Of a stretch of 64,000 nt of DNA, positions 23,701 through 35,626 are shown piece after piece (the first letter of the stretch is position 1; every line of letters starts with the position of its first letter). The position numbers and the translations under genes were made by a program. The notes below the pieces were generated by a model, which was not told the origin of the DNA, ran no database searches, and saw only the letters and a program-made list of their open reading frames with translations. This DNA is from Marsupella aquatica (taxonomy: Eukaryota; Plantae; Marchantiophyta), in NCBI GenBank assembly GCA_973895155.1, contig OZ316892.1, forward strand, positions 8,229,251-8,293,250, read 5' to 3'.

Positions 23701-24487
23701 CGTGACCCAAAAGGCTACTCATGGAGTCTACGTAACATTTTACTGAACGAGCAGAGCAAAATAAAGGGGGACAAAAGAAGGGAAAAACCCACAGAAAAAG
23801 GATTCTCGTGGATGCTGCCGAAACCCGGGCAATGGGGTCATGGTTGTTGAGAATTCGTTTTGAAGAGGCTGGCAAGTGGGATATGGCACTGACGTTGAAA
23901 ATGATATTGATCAGGTCTTTGGTCATCAGACTAAAGAATAGTTTGTTTCTTTTTGTCTTGAAACCCAAGGCAGACCCATCCCCAACCAAAGCTAGACAAC
24001 CTACTTGGGAACGTATGCCTTTGTAGGGTACCTAGCCACAAGGGGTCATACCCAGGGATCCAACAATTTTTTATTCTTGGAACTGAAAGTAGAGTGACCC
24101 ATCCCCAAACAAGGATAGAAAATCTACTCCCGACCATGGGCCTCTATAAGGTAGCCGCAAGGGGTCTTTGCTCAGGGTCCAGCGGGACCCAGAAGGAAGT
24201 GAGGGAGCCCCAAAGCTGACGAGGCTAAGGAGAAACCATTCCTTCCACCGTAAACCCTTTGTGAATTTTTTTCTTTGTATCTGTAACAAGTTATGAGACA
24301 TTACCCCCAGGTGAAGCCATGGAACCCTGGGCTAGCCTGGCCTGGGGATTATGAAATTTGAATGAGAAACAGGGTAATTGCAAGTGGCAGACACTGACAG
24401 ATCAGAATTTTACTGTGTCAAACTGAACCAAATGTTTTATAAAAATTCACTCAGGCTTTACGCTTGGTAACTCATGCCCACTTGGGG

Positions 24488-24597
24488 ATAATGGATGTAA
24501 TCCCCTTGGGCTCAGCACCCTCTGGGATTACATCCCATTACCCCCTCTTGCAATGGGTTACCCTACATGGGTTACCCTACACGGGTTACCCTACACG
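24488..24597. repeat. Hairpin followed by 3x14-bp tandem repeat
   Basis: Inverted repeat ggataatggatgtaatccc...gggattacatcccattacc, then GGGTTACCCTACA(T/C) x3. Confidence 0.7.
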
Positions 24598-25208
24598 TTA
24601 CACTGCACCCCCACACTCGTGACAAGAAACCATTCCTACACATACCGAGAGATTGAACCTCGACCTCTCCATTATATCCCAAAGGCAGTTGGTTTAAAGA
24701 AATCATTTTGTATGAAATTTGTACATTGTAACGATGAGAATACACTACCGTGCTTTCCCTACTCACACTTACCAATCATACATTACGAGTTCCCACTGTA
24801 ACATGACTGCGCATGCTTGGTTGGGTCAATCATTGAAGTCACAAAGGAACTGAGTGAGCGAGAGTGTCACTCTCTGTCCACTAGCTAGAGTCGCTCGTTG
24901 TACTACTGTACAAAGCTTCAGAAGCCAGCCTCTATATCATGGTCTATGATAATCACGTCAAACCGGGGTAATTGTAACGTGCGAGCAAACAGTAAAAAAT
25001 TTACTCGCACGAGCAAAAAAATTTCCTGCATGACCTCTATTTTTCTACATGCAACTTCCTCGCTATCAACTACCTGGTTGGTAACATCCCTTTTGGGGAC
25101 TCCCTTTTTGCTAGCGAGCTCGCTAGCAATCTGGAATCCTTAAAATAACACAAAAAATGTAAAGGGCACAAAAAAAGCAACTTGTGAGAGTATGAATGGA
25201 ATAAATCA

Positions 25209-26050
25209 CGCGCAAGATTTGCGCCAAAATGTGAGGCATAACCATGTTCCTCGTTGAAAGCAGTGTCACATTTGACCATTTAGTTGATGCGTCGATTAAT
25301 ACCATAAAGTAGCGGAAAGGTCCGCTTGGAGGGTTAATTGGCCCGCAAACATCTGCATGGATGATTTCCAAGAATTGGGGTATTTTAGTTGGCAATTTTG
25401 ATGTCGTGGGCCTTGTTATTAATTTGCCGCGTGAGCATGCAGTGCATGGGGTGCTCGCTGGAAAGTGGCGTGTATTGATTGGAATGCCTCTTGAATTCTT
25501 AATGATTTTGGTTAGCATTGATTGACCGGGGTGGCCGAGGCGTGCATGCCAAAGTGCATGCAATTCGCTTGTGTTGGCATTGTTATGCAGGCATTCAATA
25601 TGAGTTACATAAAACCCGCAAGGATACGAGAAAAGTGTTTCTTTAATGATTTTCCCCGTAGGGGTATTTTCAACCAAGTGTATCACTTCCTGGTCTCTTG
25701 TGTCGCCCGTCTGGACATGTAGTCCATTTGCTCGTATATCTCTAAAACTGAGGAGATTACGGGTTGCGTTCGGGGCAAAAATGGCAGATTCTATGTGAAT
25801 CGCTGTACCCTGCGGTAGTCTAATGGAAGCTGGGCCGAAGCCTTCTTCTATTTGGCTAGGGCCATTTATAGTGGTCAGGGATCTACGTGAGGGTGTAATC
25901 TTGTGGAAAAGGTGCCTATCCCTGAGGATAGTATGCGTGGTCGCACTGTCGATAATACATGTGCTTGGACTATTTAAATCTGGTGTAGTGGAGCTACTTG
26001 CCACTAAGTGTGCCTCGGGTTGGGTAGGTCTGAAAAGTCTTGGAATGGGT
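25209..26050 (-). pseudogene. Copia protease, GAG-pre-integrase and truncated integrase
   Basis: CIIDSATTHTIL, LWHARLGHPG, CTACSRGKL and HADVCGPINPPSGPFRYFMVLIDASTKWS. Fused to the LTR remnant; RT and RNase H are absent. Confidence 0.9.
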
Positions 26051-27112
26051 CACTAGACTCCATAAATGCCCCGTGGGTTTCACGGGGTGGTGGCCTAGAG
26101 GTTTGTCCATCCTGGATGGACCGTTGGTATCTCTAAGGTGTTGCGGGATTCTACAATTTCTCGCTAGGTGGTTTGTCATGCCACATTCATGGCATTTTGG
26201 TCGTTCCCGTTGTTGTCGGGATTGTGACCAATCGTTTCTACGATTGTTGTTATATGTTCTACCACCGCCGTGTCCACCACGTCCTCCTCGTCCTCCACAT
26301 CCTCCATGTCCTTCTCGTCCACCACGTCCTCCACGTCCTCTAAAGGTCCGTTGGGAGTTATATTGTGGACGTTGGTTATAGAAACTCCTTCTATTGTGGG
26401 TGTTTCTTCGGTTGCCATTCTTAGTGCGCTTAATGCCTTGCCTTGATGTGGAGGGTTCAGCATTTTCTATGTTATGGGTTTCATTCTGTTGTCCTGAGGG
26501 CAGTGTGCCCGCAGGTCGTTTTCTAGAGTTTACTAAAAGAAGTTCTTGGTTTCTTTCGGTGACTAGGAGGTGGGCTATGAGCTCGGAGTATTGCCCAAAC
26601 TTCATGTTTCGATATTGTGTTGATAGCCACACATTCGATGAATGAAATGTCGACAAGGTCTTCTCTAGCAGATCCTTGTCTGTGATCGGCTCGCCACATA
26701 GTGCGAGGGTTGAGGTTATTCTAAAGAGTTCGCTATTGTAGGCTGAAATAGAGGTAAAGTCCTGGACTCGTAGGTTTAGCCAGTCTTGCCTGGCTTTAGG
26801 CAGTTCAACCAGTTTTTGGTGGTCGAATCGGGTTTGGAGCGTTGTCCAAAGTTCACGGGGGGTTGAGAGGTGCATGTATTGTCTTTGTAGGAATCTATGG
26901 ATATGGCGTCTAAGGAATACGAGAGCCTTAGATTCGTTGGCTTTAGTTAACGGGTCTGGTTGGGGTTCGCCAGCTAGTATAGGTTGAGCCATCCCTATAG
27001 CTGGGAGTAAGGTTAGCGAGGTTAGGTTTTCTTTTAGGTTCATGGACCATTCTAGGTAGTAGCCGTCATCTATTTCTAGGGCGGGGAAGGTGAGTTTCTC
27101 AAGGTTGGCCAT
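25994..27112 (-). pseudogene. Copia (Bianca) gag
   Basis: MANLEKLTFPALEIDDGYYLEW, LRVQDFTSISAYNSELFRI, LLEKTLSTF, an RGG tract and the zinc knuckle CHECGMTNHLARNC. Out of frame with the pol segment. Confidence 0.88.
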
Positions 27113-28711
27113 CTCTAAGGTCCTGGTGTGCAGCGGTGGTGTGGGTGTTGATATAATATATATGTAGTCAAAAGACAATGCACATTTGCCGCATGCAATG
27201 GTGGAGAAAGGGTTGAGGAGAGCAATCTAAGTCGTGGGCGAGTAAAGCAAGAATGATTGGGTTTTTGCGGAATTTAGGTTTTGCACTTAGTAAGTTGGTT
27301 TTCTTTGTAAATGTATAACTGCATTCTCTTCTTTGTATTTTAGGATTCCTTTGTATTTTGGTGCAGTTATCTGGTTGTGCACTTAGGGTTGCAGTTATGT
27401 GTTTGAGTGCTCTTCTTCCTTTGTTATTTCGAGTTCCATTGGAAATGAGTTGCGCTTAGGGATGGATTGGCGGTTAGGTAATTTATCTCGTGGGGCTATG
27501 GTGCCCCTCTCGATCTGGTTTGCCTTCACGATTTCCTTCAATGTCTTGGCTATGGCCGATTGCTTGGTTCTTCTCGCCCTTCCTCGATTTTCCCTCTCGT
27601 CCTCCTTCGATGGCGTTCTTGGGCACTTCTTTCTTCCTTCTTTGGTCCAAGCTAATCAGTGTGCGAGCTATCGTTCAACATCGGGCATTCATCGCCCCTA
27701 TCCACTTTGATTTTCTAAGAAGGTCTTATGGTCGATTTGTGTCTCAACTTTTGTTTCTTCGTTTGCCTTCGCTGCTGTTCTTCTCGAATCCAGGTTGTTT
27801 TATCTCGGGATCGTGAAATTGCAATCCTTCGATCAGAAAGGGGGCATTTTCTGCTTCAACATCTGGCTCCCTCGCTCCCTATCTCCTTCGATTTCTTTAT
27901 CCTTTCGAAAGAGTCTTCGCCTCCTTGTTTTGCTGCTGTGTTCTCAAAAGAAACAATTGCAGGCGTAGGGGCAGAGCGGTGTGCCACCAGCTTTCTGCTT
28001 ATTCCATTTCAATTCATCCTCCCCATAAACTGTCAATTCGTCCGCAGTCTTCTTCCGACGTTTGCTCAAACCAAGCTCTGCTTCTGACGATGAATTTCCG
28101 ATGGCCTCTCGCTGCTAGCGGCCCTACTGTCGAGTGCCCTTTTTAATTTTCCTTTCCATCAATCCTTATCGATGTGTTTCTTCGATCCTTATGAACTTTT
28201 CAGTTTCTGCTTGACTCTCTGGTTTTCTTCTCTATTCTCTATTCGGAATTCTCTTCAAGTCCTTATGAATTCTGTGTTTTTCTGCCCTCGACTCTCTGAT
28301 CTTGGATCCAATGTCTTTGTGCTCCTTAGATTTTAAAGTCGTCCTCTCGATCCCCCATAAAAAAATTTCAATCTTCCTTGGTCTTCTCCTTTCTATCTCG
28401 CTCCGCTGGCTGAGTCCTCGTGCTGATAACGTGTGAGAGTATGAATGAAATAAATCATGTATAGTCTGTGGCGGTTGGTACATATAGTGGTGCCGGTCCA
28501 GTGACTGGCTGATCCGATCGTCCAGTCACCAGGTAGAGTCTAGGTAGAGTCTAACAGAACTGAAATTTGGAACCATTTTTGTCTCGCTATCAAAATCTCC
28601 TGTTTCCTCGCAACATAGAATACCTTCCTGTTTCCTCGCAACATAGAATACCTCGTCAACCTGCTGAGCCCACAGCCAAAAGCTAGAAAGATCGAGGCAA
28701 GCGACGACTAA

Positions 28712-29450
28712 ATGTCCAAAAACCTGCAGATGCTAAGTTGCTACCAAACTGATCTTATTATTCCAATGAAATCCACCACACTACCGCTAGCTTGCATGGA
28801 AGTTTGGATAACGCGTCTGCGTCACCCATCTGCATTATATGCTGACAGTCCTCAAAATTTTGTGCGAAAACTAGAGGGCATTGGCTTTTGTCAAGAAAGT
28901 CGTGAATATGCAATCTTCTACGAAATGGAGCTTCAGAGGCGCCTGACTTTTCAAAGCATCTTGACGTCACGATGGGGACCTGTGTTCTTGCTCAAAAGAG
29001 GTGAAGCTAAAAAGTTAAATAAGAATAGTGATGAGAAAAGTTTCTACTTTGTAGTACAGGTTGGAGCGGCCAATTGGACGGATACAGGGAAGAGAGAAAT
29101 CTCTCTAGTTCATCTCGATAAATGAGATGGCGTCACTGCGTCTTAGCAGCCTGATGCCCCGCTAAAATCGTTACAAGGAGAATTGTCAATTCTGAATGAT
29201 TCCTGTCGCAGTGAAGCTTCGTGAATGGAGAGATGCTGACAAAACAACCAAGGTTGATATGAAGGCGTACCGAACGGGCGCAGGCGATCGGCTGGGTCAT
29301 CCACTTCTCATCCAGTATTGCACGGTAGACAGGTCCTTTCTCTGTTTCATGTCGGATACTGGAAAAGTCCATCATTGGGCAATGTACTGCTCATCCTTGA
29401 AGCTCTGTTGTCTTAATTCATTACTTCGCATCGAATTGAGAATTCTGTGA
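28712..29450 (+). pseudogene. Degenerate RLK/Pelle-type kinase N-lobe fragment(s)
   Basis: EVWITRLRHP...NFVRKLEGIGFCQESREYAIFYEM resembles kinase subdomains III-V. A second fragment reads LQGELS../IPVAVKL...HPLLIQY. Stops and frameshifts; no HRD or DFG motif seen. Confidence 0.4.
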
Positions 29451-29880
29451 ACAATTACGATTGCAGATGTCATTGACTGATCAAATCGACGATAGATTGT
29501 AAGTTTGTAGAACACAATTTGATGCAGAATATTAAAGCTTATCTTTTAACTGGTTCTGACTTGAATTCTGCGGTTCAATTTTGTTTTTGCAGGCTTGTAT
29601 GCCCGCTTGTACGTGGCCTTCGCTCGATCAGCGTCGATCTCAAACGCGGTCAGGTCTCATATGTAGACATGGTTTTCCATTCAAAGCCTTGTTTAAGATT
29701 GACGATTATGGAGTGTGGTGGAGAACAGTCAACATTGAAACTTTAGTCCAAGATCTGGATTTCTTCTTTGTATTTAATTTTCCTTTCATCATCCAGACAG
29801 CTTGCGGCTCAAAAGACTGTCCTCTGATCGCTCATTCATGTCCAACCTGGACCCCCGCCTGGACCTCACGAGCTGAACAC

Positions 29881-32158
29881 ATGGAATTTTCTGCTGGTGG
29901 CAACTCCGTTTCTTCTATCTCTTGGAGTTCACTTGTTTCAGCAATGGAGCCGAAACACAAGGCACCCTCCTTTCGGAAAGAATACACAAAGTTTCTTCAA
30001 AAACCGGTTATGGTTGTTGTTGTTTGGCCCGCCGTAGTAGGTTATTTCGTGAATCATATTTTCAGCTGGGCAACCCAAGGCACTGGAGTGATTACGTTTC
30101 TCCCGTATGTGGGATTTTGTACATTACTGTTTGTAATAACAGTGGTCTGGTGGTGTTTAAAGCACAAGGAACATCGTCAACTCCTGCAGGAGCATTCAGT
30201 TCGTCTGAAGAGTCGAGGTACTCAGATGACTCAGGCCTCAGAAAGCTTTATAATACCCGTTTCAGATGATGTCATTGAACCAAGGACCCCTAATCTACCA
30301 GTTGAGAGCGGTGGTAATGGATTGCAAGATGCATTGAACAATTCGAGGATGACAGGTGACAACACGAATGACCAATCAGCTAGAAGCAGTGTTAATCAGC
30401 ATCTTCAGGTAGAACCGTCAATATTATCTCCACCAAGTGATCGTCAAGATAGTGAATCAGACCAGAATCAAACCTCGGAAAGGTTCGGGAGACATTGCCC
30501 AGCTGAGAGCGGGGCTGAGAGGAGCAGTGGTGGAGGCCACGAGGTGATGAATGGAGATTCAAGAACTAGTGATTGCGGGAGCAATCAGCTATCAACTGCG
30601 AGCAGTCTTATTGGAGCTTCTGATCGAGCCCTTGCAAGTTTACCTCCACATGCAATCATGGAAAGCAATAGTGGAGAACAATTGCTGTCGCCTGGTTCGT
30701 CGATGCTCACTGTTGCCAACAATGAGGATATCGCAAGATTGGTGGAGGCACTGATGGAAGCACTGGAAAACAAGTCGGGTCCATGTCTGTGTCTGGTGTC
30801 CATTGTCAACAACAATCACATATCAAGATTGTTGGAAAGACTTCAGCCTAAGCCAAACTTGCCTGGCTCGAGAGTTTTGCACAAGAGGATTGAAATTGGC
30901 CGCCAAACTGGGAATTGGTGGAAAGACTTTTTATGTTCTGAAATAATAGACTATATGGGAATGGCAAAGACGTTTGATAAAGACTGTACCATGCAGTTGG
31001 GTTCCGTGGCCATCTTGAAACACACAGGTATTATATCTTTCAATTGACATTCTTTTTTCCATAGCCAGAAAGATTTCGTTTTTTCATAGCCAGACAGTTT
31101 TAGGTCAGCTCATCTCAAATTTTAAGGTTAAAATAAGCGTGAGTGGAGCCATGTGGTCTGACTAGCTTATGAGCTTGATCAAGTGGCCATGGGATTGGAA
31201 CTTGCCAGCAGGTCAGTCTCAGGTTCAACTTCTCTGTAAAGGCCTGGGAAGGTTGACAGTGGGTGTGTGGATTGAATCAGGCTAAGCCCTGCAAATCTCC
31301 CAGTGAACGAAATGATTGGGTTCCATAAATACATAATAAATATATTTGCTTGCTTGTTGTTATGAACAGATGCAGGCCTTAAATGTTGGATGCTCCACGA
31401 AGATTGGACACCTGTCATATTATATGTTAATAAATGTCCACAAAGTTTCTTGGAACTTCTCAATGGTACGGAAGTTATATATGATTTACAGTGAAAATTG
31501 CGAAATGCTCTCTACTTGTGTTCCTAACTTAATTTTATAGACATTTCTGTAGGGACTATTGAAAATTTGTCTTCCCATACTTGCAGACGAACGTCCAAAG
31601 TGGATAGTAATAGGCTTTAATCTTGAAACAACGACCTTGAGGGTTGCAACTACAGAAAGGAGCACAAACGTGACTATCTTGCGTCACAGTAAAGTAAGGA
31701 ACGTGTGGGACTCACTGAAATCGATTTTCTATACTTTCACAGCCATCATCCATATTAGTGTTGTTGTCTCATAGTTCTCATGAATATGCAGTCTAGTGGC
31801 AGTAGTTGGGACATGTTGATAAATCTTGTTTATGCCTTGGTTTACGCAGATTGACAATGGACTAGAAGAGCTGTTGTTCGAAGAACCTCGTACCTTTCCA
31901 ATGTTTTCAAACAAAGTCTACATTTCCGCCTCAAATACTGTACAAGTGGAAGGAGTGACTTTCAAGTTACATAGTGAAGCAAGAAAGGTTCAACGAGCAT
32001 TTTGGATTTCAGGTGGTTTTCTGGTTAAATCCAACAGAAACAAATTCAGATTTTTGAAACACATACCGATGCATTTACCCAAAAGAAACATGCTATATTT
32101 GATCAATTCAGAACTTAGACAGCAGTTTCATCGTTCAATTTTTAAATTTCATGTGTGA
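29881..32158 (+). CDS. Uncharacterised membrane protein (2 N-terminal TM helices, Ser-rich linker, C-terminal globular domain), 3 coding exons
   Basis: join(29881-31027,31587-31693,31850-32158). Both GT-AG introns have matching phases (1 and 0) and give an uninterrupted frame. Hydrophobic segments VMVVVVWPAVVGYFV and ITFLPYVGFCTLLFVITVVWWCL. Confidence 0.65.
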
Positions 32159-32709
32159 CTAGATTTTGTTGTTGATTTTGTGGGTCACCCTAGTGTTTTT
32201 GTGTTCGATATCACGTAGCTTGACTATTTTCATTGGCCATCTACGTACGTATTAACAAAATATTTATTCTCACAATACAATTGTTGTGATAGTTTTGGAT
32301 AGTTTGATCCCTATCCTATGGATCGGATTCCTTATGGCAAGCTTGCTGCTGGTGGGCGGATTTTTTGTTCCAACACAACAGGAGTTCTTTGTAGCTTATT
32401 GGTTTGCCATAGGCTTTCCAATTGGATCAATAAACTTTCTGCTTCTACGTGGATTTTCCCCATTACAAGGTATTGGAATCACACATTAAAGATTTGCCTC
32501 CGACTACGTTTTGGCATTAGTTTACAGTTTGAATTTATGCAATCATGAGGTTCGTTCAAGTTCAAGTTTGTTTTGGCTGTCAGAAACTCAACTTGAGCGG
32601 ATCCCAGCACGTTGGAGAATGGCATAGATAACACTTTTCTAATGCAGCAGTAAATTCTTCTGGTTATCAAGTACATATTTGTAATTCAATACTGTACATA
32701 ATTAGGTCC

Positions 32710-32925
32710 GATGCACAAAGCATTATTACATAATTGTACAAATTGAGTTACTGTTCTGTGCTGTGCCAGACCCCAACCAGGGATGTCAAGAGCCCAGGAG
32801 TCAGCACAAATCTATTCAGTCATAAGATACACTATCCTAATAATATATTAACACAATGGACAATTTTTGCAGATTTCGATGTTGACCCTAACCATGGATC
32901 AACAATAGCAGTGGAAGCCAGCTCG
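32710..32925 (+). repeat. Dispersed degenerate repeat, copy 1 (copy 2 at ~54460-54685)
   Basis: Shared blocks ctgtgccagac, gtcaagagc..gagtca.cacaaatct and cacaatggacaa.ttt(t)gcagattt.gatgttgac.ctaaccatggatc. Confidence 0.7.
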
Positions 32926-33289
32926 GAAGCCAGATTGGAAGACAACAACAACACCTTCATCACTCCATCACAAGCAATGACAAAATATGCAAGCATGGAA
33001 GAGGAAGGTAAGTTTTTTGACCACCTGATTGAACATGTCAAATGGACATCAGAAGCTTCTAGTACAAATAGCTTACAAAGTTTGCACATATTAAGTACAT
33101 GTCATAATTATCTCAATACCAAGGTTAATTGAATTTTTAATGTACCAGAACAATTGGTTCTCTTTAATTCAAGCATTTATTAATTAAAATAACTCTGAAC
33201 CAAAATGAAAATGTTTAACTCAATTGTAGAATTCCCCTAAGAAAACATTTTGCGCTATTAATATCTCAAGAGCACCTTTACAATTATTG

Positions 33290-33680
33290 TTTAGTGAAAA
33301 AAATGGCCTTTTTGCACTTGCAAGAGCAGGGCACAGGGTATGGGCTTTGGCTCCACTTGCACTGGAAAACAAGGAAGAACAAGAAGTCTTCCGGTCATCA
33401 AGTTTTTGCTCTCATGGACTGTGCACTAGAGAAAGATCACTGCAGAGTAGTAAAACCTTTTCCCAATCAAATGGACGATTGAGAATTTGCACTTTTACAG
33501 TTATCATTTAGCGAAAAAATGGCCTATTTGCACTTACAAAAAATGCAAAAACAGGGAATTCCACAGTTAAAACAGGGAACAGGACATCTTCCGGTCATCC
33601 AGGTTTTGCGCTTATGGAGTGCGCACTTAGAGAAAGACGACTGTAGAGCAGTAAATACTTTTCCCAATCAAATGGACGGG
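33290..33680 (+). repeat. Degenerate ~200-bp tandem duplication
   Basis: Both units start gaaaaaatggcct.tttgcactt and end cttttcccaatcaaatggacg. Confidence 0.75.
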
Positions 33681-33812
33681 TGCAGAGAGTCACTGTTGGT
33701 TAGTTCATGGTCCCGACATTCAGGTGCTCTGATTACTCCAATGTATACAAAACATTAAACCCCTCCGTTCCCTCAAAACCTGGCTCATGCTGTTTAGCAG
33801 TATGATTTATAG

Positions 33813-33888
33813 GATCGGTGCATATCCGCACCACCCAAGTCAGATTTTGCATCGGTGCATATCCGCACCACCCAAGCCAGATTTTGCA
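33813..33888 (+). repeat. ~37-bp tandem duplication
   Basis: atcggtgcatatccgcaccacccaag(t/c)cagattttgc x2. Confidence 0.85.
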
Positions 33889-34300
33889 GGTAGGTACTCT
33901 TTACAGTTTCTATCACTCAAAATTGTCGAGTGACTGCTCCGTCCGAGTCCTCGCTTCATCTACCATTGTTCCAAATATAGTGCAGATTACCTCTCAACTG
34001 CATGTCCCCCCATTATACTCCACACACAGGTCTTGACTCGGCATATTCCGGCGCCAGTCCCACTCGGCAGTCTGCTCCAGGATGTCTACATTCCGGTGTA
34101 CAACAGCATAGGAGTGCTTGTGGAAAGCCCCACTTAAGAATTCGAATTTATTTAGAATCACTACACTTGGATGAAGTGTCAAAATTTGAAGCTTTTCATC
34201 CTCATCAACTAAGGCTCATTGTCCCGTGAATTGAATATTTCAAACGTTTCTGTCATGAATTACAAACATATCATGGGTCATTGTGAGGTGATTATAATAA

Positions 34301-35626
34301 ATGCTTGGTGTGAAAATGTATGCAAAAGGTACAGCAAGTGCTTCGTCGACTCTAGCGTGGTGGAAAGGGGAATCGAATGAAAGTGAGCATTCAGAGATTG
34401 AAAGGGAAATTACAGGCCGGGAAGGGTCCTTGTCCGATCAACACAATCCCATTCTGGAAGCAAAAAGGGCAGCTACAGCACAGGGTTCCGTAGTACAGGA
34501 CGGTGCTACAGGTGACATTATTCACACTCTTGATTCGTCTCCATACCAGAGTGATGTGCCCGGTGAAATGGAGAGACTGTCTACTGCTATTGCTTCCCCT
34601 GTTGGGTGCACAGAGGAAACAGGACCGCCGTCTCGTCCACAAGACAGGACAGCATGTGCTTCGTGGAGACGGCTTGGATTCGAGAGAGAAGTAACTTTGC
34701 CGACACTCGTCCTAAGCCCGATTCAAGACACTCTTGAGAACCATGGCAATGCTCAGATGATGATTGCTGGGTTGGTCCTGGATCTGGAGTCAGATGCTGT
34801 CGATATCCAGAGGCAAGCTGCCGCAGAATTAAGGCGTCTCGCCAAGTACAACATGGAGAATCGTATCCTAATCGCCAACTCAGGTGCTATCAAACCATTA
34901 GTTGCATTACTGAAATCTGCGGATCTTAAAACTCAAGAGAATGCTGTGACTGCGCTGCTGAACTTATCAATCAATGATAATAACAAGTCCGAGATTGCTG
35001 CAGCTGGTGCTATAGACCCTCTTGTAAATGTACTCAATGTAGGGAGTGTACAGGCTATGGAAAACGCCGCTGCCACTCTCTTTAGTTTATCTGTGATGGA
35101 CGATAATAAAGTAACCATCGGGGCATCAGGTGCAATACCGTCTCTGGTACATGTGCTAATAAATGGGACTCCAAGGGGGAAAAAGGACGCAGCAACAGCA
35201 TTATTTAATTTGTCAATCTTTCACGAAAACAAGGCCCGTATTGTTCGCGCTGGGGCTATTAAACCTCTTGTTGAGCTGATGGCCGACCCTGCTGCTGGAA
35301 TGGTTGACAAGGCAGTGGCAGTGCTAGCGAATCTTGCAACTATACCAGAAGGGAGGGTTGCAGTTGGGGAGGAAGGAGGAATACCAGCTTTGGTGGACGT
35401 TGTTGAGGCTGGGTCACAAAGAAGCAAAGAGAATGCCGCAGCTGCCTTATTACAATTATGTATGAATAGCCACAAAGATCTAGCCCTCGTGTTCCAAGAG
35501 GGAGCAATTCCTCCCCTAGTCGCCCTGTCTCGGTCTGGCACGGCACGCGCGAAAGAGAAGGCTTCCGCCCTCCTCCGTCATTTCAGAGAGCAACGACATC
35601 AGGTTTGGTCCCCGGACTGGATCTGA
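34301..35626 (+). CDS. PUB4-like (PUB2/3/4 clade) armadillo-repeat protein lacking a U-box in this ORF
   Basis: QRQAAAELRRLAKYNMENRILIANSGAI, TQENAVTALLNLSINDNNK, ENAAATLFSLSV, GTPRGKKDAATALFNLSIFHENKARIV, DPAAGMVDKAVAVLANLATIPEGR and GTARAKEKA match the PUB4-clade ARM domain. Single exon. Confidence 0.85.
   Translation: MLGVKMYAKGTASASSTLAWWKGESNESEHSEIEREITGREGSLSDQHNPILEAKRAATAQGSVVQDGATGDIIHTLDSSPYQSDVPGEMERLSTAIASPVGCTEETGPPSRPQDRTACASWRRLGFEREVTLPTLVLSPIQDTLENHGNAQMMIAGLVLDLESDAVDIQRQAAAELRRLAKYNMENRILIANSGAIKPLVALLKSADLKTQENAVTALLNLSINDNNKSEIAAAGAIDPLVNVLNVGSVQAMENAAATLFSLSVMDDNKVTIGASGAIPSLVHVLINGTPRGKKDAATALFNLSIFHENKARIVRAGAIKPLVELMADPAAGMVDKAVAVLANLATIPEGRVAVGEEGGIPALVDVVEAGSQRSKENAAAALLQLCMNSHKDLALVFQEGAIPPLVALSRSGTARAKEKASALLRHFREQRHQVWSPDWI

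Larger units (their letters stand above)
25183..28556 (-). mobile_element. Ty1/Copia Bianca-lineage retrotransposon with internal deletion
   Basis: 125-bp 5' LTR at 28432-28556. Bianca-type PBS CGTTATCAGCACG (28419-28431). Only the terminal ~26 bp of the 3' LTR remain (25183-25208). TSD CAACT/GAACT (4/5 match). Confidence 0.9.

Noticed and set aside
32286-32489. Hydrophobic 67-aa ORF as an extra exon or small membrane protein
   Set aside because: It lies downstream of the stop at 32158, has no ATG start in the ORF call and no convincing splice link.
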